A stretch of DNA of 32,656 nucleotides, taken from contig CALMGJ010000009.1 in NCBI GenBank assembly GCA_937863565.1, forward strand, positions 124,001 to 156,656, given 5' to 3'. Each line of letters begins with the position of its first letter. Position 1 is the first letter of the stretch. A program made the position numbers and the translations under genes. This document shows, one piece after another, positions 26,703 through 32,656 of the stretch. The notes beneath the pieces were generated by a model. That model worked only from the letters and a program-made list of their open reading frames with translations, did no database searches and was not told where the DNA came from. The DNA comes from an uncultured bacterium. Lineage in GTDB: Bacteria; AUK180.

Positions 26703-27578
26703 ATGAAAAGGATGTTCGTCTTATTTCTCATTTTATTCGCGATAACGGCTTTTGGGGCCGAAAATAAAGAGAACGCCGTTTATACGAAAACGGACAACGG
26801 CGGAGTGATGCTCTTTGCCGCCAGGGGCAATGACGGCAATAATGAAGGAAAGGACGATAAAAATAACGGCTCGGGAAAAGAGAATTCGGAAGAAAAGGGC
26901 AAGGGCTCCGGAAAGGATAACGATAAAGGCGGCGGAAATGACGGCAATAAAGGCGGAAAGGGTAAAGGCGGAAGCGGTCAGGGCAATAATAACGGAGGCA
27001 ACCGCGGGAAATCGGACGAAGATCACGGTAAAGCTGATGAAGACCACGGCAAGGATGATGAGGATCACGGAAAAGACGACGAGAAACACGGAAAATCTGA
27101 TGAGGATCACGGAAATGACGGTAAGGACCGCGGCGGGATTTTCCATATAAATATCCATAGCGGCGGATGGCTTCGCTTCTTTTTTCACGGTGGATCGGAC
27201 ACTTATATTGCGAGAAGAACCCGGGCGGGCGCGATCTTCAGGTCATTTTTACTTCCCGGATGGGGACAGGCATACAAGGGGCGGTATTTTAAAGGTTGGA
27301 CCTTCATCTGCACCACGGTCGCATTCGACTGGATGAACCTTCACAATTACGCCATCTACCTTGATAAGAAGGAGGCCTATGACAATGATCCGGGTTCGGA
27401 TGTGCTGAAACTCTCCTATGAGAATGCCGAAAAGGACTATACGTATATACTTGCGGCGCATCTTGCATTCTGGACGCTCAATATGATCGATGTGATCTTC
27501 TTCGACTGGGACAAGGTGGATTTCTCCCTGAAAAGCAGCGGAAAGACCTGTCTTCTCGCTTTGGAATTTAAGTTCTGA
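26703..27578 (+). CDS. Exported protein: low-complexity G/K/N/D region, His/Asp heptapeptide repeats, DUF5683-like C-terminal domain
   Basis: Signal peptide, RSFLLPGWGQAYKG..KG and FWTLNMID motifs, and C-terminal LEFKF. Confidence 0.75.
   Translation: MKRMFVLFLILFAITAFGAENKENAVYTKTDNGGVMLFAARGNDGNNEGKDDKNNGSGKENSEEKGKGSGKDNDKGGGNDGNKGGKGKGGSGQGNNNGGNRGKSDEDHGKADEDHGKDDEDHGKDDEKHGKSDEDHGNDGKDRGGIFHINIHSGGWLRFFFHGGSDTYIARRTRAGAIFRSFLLPGWGQAYKGRYFKGWTFICTTVAFDWMNLHNYAIYLDKKEAYDNDPGSDVLKLSYENAEKDYTYILAAHLAFWTLNMIDVIFFDWDKVDFSLKSSGKTCLLALEFKF
27006..27110 (+). repeat. Coding tandem repeat, 21 bp x 5 (GKxDEDH)
   Basis: Translates to GKSDEDH GKADEDH GKDDEDH GKDDEKH GKSDEDH. Units differ at synonymous positions. 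Confidence 0.9.
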
Positions 27579-27619
27579 GTTTTATTTTCATATTATTTCC
27601 GCTCTCAACAACATTTATT

Positions 27620-27648
27620 TTGAATTCAAATAAATAATATGGTACAAT
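27620..27648 (+). promoter_or_regulatory. Sigma70 promoter of the clostripain-like gene
   Basis: TTGAAT-17 nt-TACAAT with a TG extension. Confidence 0.55.
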
Positions 27649-27669
27649 TATTTTTAGCCGGGGAAATAA

Positions 27670-30600
27670 ATGAAACTAAAATTCTTTGCGGTAATTTTAC
27701 TTTTTTTTATCGCTTTTACGTCTTTTTGTATTCCGAATTGGACCGTTGCGGTATATCTCGACGCGGATAATAATCTCGAATCGGCGGGTTTGGACGATTT
27801 TCTTGAGATGTCCTCGATCGGCTCCGACGCGAATATCAATATTGTAGTTCAGCTCGACCTTTACTCCACTTCCAATTCATACGGATGGGCAACATGCAAG
27901 AGATTCTATGTTACTCAGGGAATGACCCCTACTGCGGCAAATGCCCTTTCGGACCTCGGGGAAGTGAACATGGGCGATCCGGACACGCTTATAGCCTTCG
28001 GGAGCTGGGTAAAAACGAATTATCCCGCCGAACATTATCTACTCGTTCTGTGGGATCACGGGGACGGTTGGCGCGCTTTGCCCTCGGATACGCTTACAAA
28101 AGGCGCCTGCACGGACGATCACGGAACGGCAGATCCCGATGACAGCATAGATCCATTTTATCTTAATTTCTCTCATGGCGGGCCGAGCGGCGAAGGGGAA
28201 CTGCAGTATGCATTTTCGCAGATCACCGCAGGAAGCAATTGGGATATAATCGGCTTTGATGTCTGCTTAGACCAGATGTGGGAGAACAATGTGGCCTGCG
28301 CGCCCTATTTCGATTATTTCGTCGGGTCGGAAATGAGCGAGTGGGGCGAGGGCTGGACATACGATCATTTTCTCAATGCTTTGAAATCAGCAGGCGGAAC
28401 GCTCACTCCGGTGGCGCTTGCCAATGCAGTTGTTGCGGCTTATGCATACGGTGAAGGCGGATCAACGGGTGATACTCAATCTTCGATAGATCTCGCTCTC
28501 ATACCCGCGCTGAACACTGCGGTGAATACGCTGGCAAAAGAGCTCATGTGCGCTTATTCTTCGTATTCAACCGTTATCAATGCAGCAAGAACGGCAGCGT
28601 ACGAGCTTGATGGTTCTTACTACTACGATCAGATAGACCTCTACGATCTTTGTCTTGAGCTTGAATCGCAGGCGCTTCCCGGGTCCGTGATCTCGGCGGC
28701 GGCGGGGGTCAGAGCGGCCGTATCGGACGCGGTTAAAAGTAATTTCGCCAAATCGGGCATTGACTGTTACGGGGTGGGGATATACTATCCCAGACCTTCA
28801 TCTTCATACGATACCGATTACAACGGCACTTCCATATGCGGCATTTCATTCTGGGATAATCACCTCAAGCACGAGGGCTGTCCTGTGCCTGTTCTTCTTT
28901 CATATACGGGAAACACCGTTGACGATTCCTCCGGCGGGAACGGAAATGGGAGAGCGGAGGCCGGCGAAAGCGTGAATCTGAATATTTCCGTTTCCAATAC
29001 GGGCACGGATAAGGCAACAGGCATTTCAGCTACGCTTTCCTCCTCCGATCCCTATATAACGGTCACATCGGGTTATTCCGCCTATCCCGATATCGGGTCG
29101 CAGCTGGCCGAAGAGAATACCGAACCTTTTTCCTTCAGCGTGGCAAGCTCATGCCCTCAGGGTCATCAGGCGGTCTTCTCTTTCTCATGTACGGGCAATG
29201 AGGATTCTTTTACCGATACGTTCAGCATAACGATCGGAGTTCCCGTTGTGCTTCTCGTTGATGACGATGCGGGTAAGGCCTGGCATACTTATCTTGAAAG
29301 CGCGATAGCGGCCGCGGGATACTCCTGCGAGATCTGGGATGTAAGCGTAAGCGGCGACCCGTCGCTTTCCGATCTGCAGCTGCACCGTTGCGTGGTGTGG
29401 ACCAATGGAATGGATTCCTCTACTACGCTCACGACTGCGGAGGAGGCTCTTCTTGCATCCTATCTTGACGGAGGCGGAAGACTGTACCTCTCTTCTCAGG
29501 ACTACCTGTACGATCAGGGGGCGTCATCCACGTTCGATTCCCAGTATCTTCATGTGGCATCTTATACAAGCGACAGATCGCCTACCGGAGAAACGGGGAT
29601 TGCGGACGATCTCATAACGGATGGTATGGACATCACTCTCTCGTTTCCCTCGGGATTCACAAATTACGGTGACGATATCTCTCCGGACGCCGTTGCCGTT
29701 GCCATCTTTAAAAACCGCAATACCGGTAATCCTTCATCTTTGAGATATGAGGGCGACTACCGCCTCGTTTTCACGTCTTTTGCTTTTGAGGCGATCCCCG
29801 GTTCCGGCACCGCTCCCAATAATGCGGCGAGCGTGATGGGAAATATCATCGCTTTCCTTTTGGGCGGCTCCGGGCCCGCGCCGCGCTATTTTTCAAAGAC
29901 GATCGGCGACAGCGCTTACGGGAACGCAAGCGGAACCGCGGATGCGGGCGAGACGGTTGACCTTTATATTACGCTTAAGAACATCGGCTCCGAGTCCGTG
30001 ACAAATCCCATAGCGTACTTTACCACGGCATCAACATACACGAATATCATATCTTCATCTTCCTCCTATCCCGACCTGCTGCCTTCCGGAACTGAACAGA
30101 ATCAAACGCCTTTTGTATTGGATTTCTATGCGGGGTTGCCTCTGGATTATAAGATAGATTATACACTCACCCTCGTTTCCGATCAGGATACATGGGTATT
30201 CCCCGTCTCGGTAACCGTGAACTCCGGAACCGGAATGGATACTTTCTGCGCGGGCTTTCCCTCAACAGATGTTCCGGTGGCGATACCGGACAGCACGCCT
30301 TCGGGTGTGACAAGCACGCTGACCATAAGCGACCATGCCGAAATAGCGGACCTCAATTGTTTCGTTGATATCACCCATACTTATATCGGAGATCTCATCG
30401 TGGAACTGAAATCCCCCTCCGGAACAAAGGTGCGCCTTCACAATAGGACGCTCGGGGGCCTTGACAATATCTATACCGTTTACGGTTCTTCAACTACTCC
30501 CGACGGGCCGGGTTCGATGGCTGATTTCATAGGAGAGGACGCGTACGGCACATGGAAACTTTTCATGAGCGACAATGCGGGAAGCGATGCAGGCATATTG

Positions 30601-32394
30601 AACGCCTGGACCGTGGAAGTATGTTCCAATGTGACAGAAATAGAGCTTGATAATACCGGGAACGGCGAATGTATTTTCTATCCTGACTGGTCGTGGACGA
30701 ATACTCCGAGGAGGATCGCCTACATATATACGGGAACGGACAAGGTCTCCAATATCCTTGTGACCGATGCCGAGGGTGAGAGCGTGCCATATGCCGTCAC
30801 GAACGTTTTCGACGGAGTGTCCCATATCTCCCAGATATCCTGGTCCCCGGACGATGAATACATCATCTTCGGTTCAAATGCCGGAGGCAAACTCCATATC
30901 CGCCGCGTGAAAGCGGACGGGACGCAGAAAGGGGCAAGCGAAGTTTTTCAGCCGACGGGAACGCTCCCCGATCCGTATCTTAAATGGGTCGATCCCCATT
31001 GGGCTTCCGCATACGGACAGGAAGGAGAACTGGAAAGGATCGCCGTCAGCATCTCTGGCGATATCTGGGTATATGCCCCAGATGACGGTGTGAACCCGAA
31101 CAGCGGGCTTATCAGGATAACTGATCTCTCTTCCCAGGATCTCGATCAGACTGCCGCGGATAAGCTCTATCAGCCGAGATGGAACAGGGACGGAACGCGT
31201 ATCGTTTTCGTGAGACGCCCCGCTTGCGCAGACAATGCCTCCGCAGATACCGATATATGGGAGGGGCTGGATGTCCAGGACATAATAGCCGGAACGGCAT
31301 ACCCGCTCGGAGACCCTGACGGCGACGGCACGGGCGGCAACTGGAGCGATCCGCGATTGAGCAGGATCGGCAATTCAACATATCCGGAATATTCGCCGTC
31401 CTATTCAATAAACGGGTTGAAAATAGGGTATGTGAACGACAAATCGGGTTCATTCAACAATGTCGCGTTCTGGACCGATCCGGCGGCCGCGCTTTCCGGA
31501 TCGGATTTCGACGCTTTCTGCCAGGGCGCAGCGATAGCCGGATATAATGAATCCTCAAATGAAGGCTTCATGAAGTGGTCGACTGGAGGGGGAGACAGAT
31601 TCACATATGTGAACGCTTCTGGTTCGGCTTATTCGCTTAATGTTGTTTATGACGAAGCGATAGGCGGGTTCATGAAGGGGGGATGCGAGATATCCGGAGA
31701 ATACCTGGTCATCCGCGATAATGCCCTTTCAGTGCTCGAGGTACCTCTTTCAACAGCTTGCGTGTACCCCTATTTCACGCTTAGATCCGCAGGGCATATC
31801 GGCTATGATCGGACGAAGTATATATCTTTGGGAGAAATAAGAAGGATCGGGGCGGGAGATCTGTCCGGAGAAGAGGATTTCTTTGAACCGGCAAGACTGT
31901 CGATTTACTATAATCAGCAGGAACTGATGGGAATGTCTGAAGTATCGCTCATTATGATGCGGTATTCAGGGGGGATATGGACCGCCCTTTCCTCCATTCA
32001 CGAGCCGGACGGGGACGGCATCGGAGGGAACGACCATCTTGACGGAGGTTTTGTGAGCGCCGAAATACCGGGACCGGGCACATACGGGATCTTCCGTGTT
32101 CGGGAGATCGACGACAGTCCTTGCGGTGCAGGCGATTTCATAATGGGGCCGAATCCCTCGCACGGCGATATAACGATCTTTGCCGAAGAAGCTGACATGA
32201 TAGAGATATACACGATATCCGGAGATCTTGCCGCAACACTTTCATCTTCCGCGATCAAGCGGGTCGGCGGGGCAAGATATGTGTGGCGGATCGTGAACGA
32301 CAGCGGCCGCAAGGTCGGGGCCGGCATTTATATCGTTAGCGTGAGATTCACGGACGGAACAAGGAAAAATAAAAAGATCGCTATCGTTAAATAG
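27670..32394 (+). CDS. Secreted multidomain clostripain-family (C11) cysteine peptidase with Ig-like repeats, proprotein-convertase P domain, PD40/TolB-like propeller and FlgD/T9SS-like C-terminal domain
   Basis: WTVAVYLDADNNLE, EVNMGDP, LWDHGDGW (His) and IIGFDVCL (Cys). Two GN..G.A.AGE.V.L...N.G repeats. IPD..ITHTYIGDL..SPSGT..GTWKL..D..D.G.LN.W (P domain). ISWSPD/PRWNRDG/PSYS. GPNP..IYTISG..W..NDSGRKV..GIYIV. Confidence 0.88.
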   Translation: MKLKFFAVILLFFIAFTSFCIPNWTVAVYLDADNNLESAGLDDFLEMSSIGSDANINIVVQLDLYSTSNSYGWATCKRFYVTQGMTPTAANALSDLGEVNMGDPDTLIAFGSWVKTNYPAEHYLLVLWDHGDGWRALPSDTLTKGACTDDHGTADPDDSIDPFYLNFSHGGPSGEGELQYAFSQITAGSNWDIIGFDVCLDQMWENNVACAPYFDYFVGSEMSEWGEGWTYDHFLNALKSAGGTLTPVALANAVVAAYAYGEGGSTGDTQSSIDLALIPALNTAVNTLAKELMCAYSSYSTVINAARTAAYELDGSYYYDQIDLYDLCLELESQALPGSVISAAAGVRAAVSDAVKSNFAKSGIDCYGVGIYYPRPSSSYDTDYNGTSICGISFWDNHLKHEGCPVPVLLSYTGNTVDDSSGGNGNGRAEAGESVNLNISVSNTGTDKATGISATLSSSDPYITVTSGYSAYPDIGSQLAEENTEPFSFSVASSCPQGHQAVFSFSCTGNEDSFTDTFSITIGVPVVLLVDDDAGKAWHTYLESAIAAAGYSCEIWDVSVSGDPSLSDLQLHRCVVWTNGMDSSTTLTTAEEALLASYLDGGGRLYLSSQDYLYDQGASSTFDSQYLHVASYTSDRSPTGETGIADDLITDGMDITLSFPSGFTNYGDDISPDAVAVAIFKNRNTGNPSSLRYEGDYRLVFTSFAFEAIPGSGTAPNNAASVMGNIIAFLLGGSGPAPRYFSKTIGDSAYGNASGTADAGETVDLYITLKNIGSESVTNPIAYFTTASTYTNIISSSSSYPDLLPSGTEQNQTPFVLDFYAGLPLDYKIDYTLTLVSDQDTWVFPVSVTVNSGTGMDTFCAGFPSTDVPVAIPDSTPSGVTSTLTISDHAEIADLNCFVDITHTYIGDLIVELKSPSGTKVRLHNRTLGGLDNIYTVYGSSTTPDGPGSMADFIGEDAYGTWKLFMSDNAGSDAGILNAWTVEVCSNVTEIELDNTGNGECIFYPDWSWTNTPRRIAYIYTGTDKVSNILVTDAEGESVPYAVTNVFDGVSHISQISWSPDDEYIIFGSNAGGKLHIRRVKADGTQKGASEVFQPTGTLPDPYLKWVDPHWASAYGQEGELERIAVSISGDIWVYAPDDGVNPNSGLIRITDLSSQDLDQTAADKLYQPRWNRDGTRIVFVRRPACADNASADTDIWEGLDVQDIIAGTAYPLGDPDGDGTGGNWSDPRLSRIGNSTYPEYSPSYSINGLKIGYVNDKSGSFNNVAFWTDPAAALSGSDFDAFCQGAAIAGYNESSNEGFMKWSTGGGDRFTYVNASGSAYSLNVVYDEAIGGFMKGGCEISGEYLVIRDNALSVLEVPLSTACVYPYFTLRSAGHIGYDRTKYISLGEIRRIGAGDLSGEEDFFEPARLSIYYNQQELMGMSEVSLIMMRYSGGIWTALSSIHEPDGDGIGGNDHLDGGFVSAEIPGPGTYGIFRVREIDDSPCGAGDFIMGPNPSHGDITIFAEEADMIEIYTISGDLAATLSSSAIKRVGGARYVWRIVNDSGRKVGAGIYIVSVRFTDGTRKNKKIAIVK

Positions 32395-32412
32395 AACAGC
32401 GGCAGGGCCGCG

Positions 32413-32656
32413 GTGAATAATAAAAAATACAATTATACGGTTGAACGGTTAACGGGTTAACGAGTTAACGGGTTGACAACATTGAACAGTGAATAGGAAT
32501 AATGAGAGGTTAGAGGATAGAGGCTAGAGGATGGGGGCGAAAAAACAAGTGAATAACGAATAGTGAATAGTGAGAAATAGAAATACAATTACTCGGTTAT
32601 CCGGTTAACGGGTTAACGAGTTAACGGGTTGACAACATTGAACAGTGAATAGGAAT
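32413..32656. repeat. Terminal mosaic of 7/8-bp tandem repeats including an exact 55-bp direct repeat (32446-32500 = 32602-32656)
   Basis: cggttaacgggttaacgagttaacgggttgacaacattgaacagtgaataggaat occurs twice, with a 156-bp period. Also (tagaggN)n and (gtgaata)n units, shared in part with 26261-26471. Confidence 0.92.

Noticed and set aside
32399-32411. Terminator after the clostripain gene (GCGGC-AGG-GCCGC)
   Set aside because: Short stem with no U-tract; not supportable as an intrinsic terminator.
32413-32656. CRISPR array
   Set aside because: Only two 55-bp copies, internally periodic, with a low-complexity ~100-bp intervening block and no cas genes.

Overview
32.7-kb bacterial chromosomal window, probably from an anaerobic diderm (tungsten-type aldehyde:ferredoxin oxidoreductase, bifunctional PGI/PMI, a secreted protease with a FlgD/T9SS-like C-terminal domain). 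The lineage cannot be assigned from sequence alone. Most of the window is moderate-GC housekeeping DNA: a minus-strand run (hexapeptide acetyltransferase, DegT aminotransferase, M16 peptidase, Moco-oxidoreductase-like protein, and a partial mobB missed by the ORF track), a GAF/HD-GYP protein, a ferredoxin-AOR-thiF-thiS cluster, udk/ogg/asparaginase/adenosine-kinase genes, pgi/pmi-MBL-queF, a DUF5683-like protein and a 1574-aa clostripain-family protease. A sharply AT-rich island (~16.9-24.2 kb) interrupts it. The island holds the best candidate for an undescribed system: a co-oriented trio of stand-alone SIR2 (312 aa), TIR plus ~1000-aa helical protein, and UPF0489 metallohydrolase-like protein, directly downstream of the C-terminal relic of a type IIG restriction-modification gene. 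It also holds a Cys-rich lipoprotein/membrane-protein pair bracketed by perfect 16-bp direct repeats. Modular 7-8-bp tandem-repeat tracts flank the last two genes, and the window ends in a 55-bp exact duplication. No tRNA, rRNA, CRISPR array, integrase or transposase was seen. All family calls are from motif recognition by eye, not database searches.
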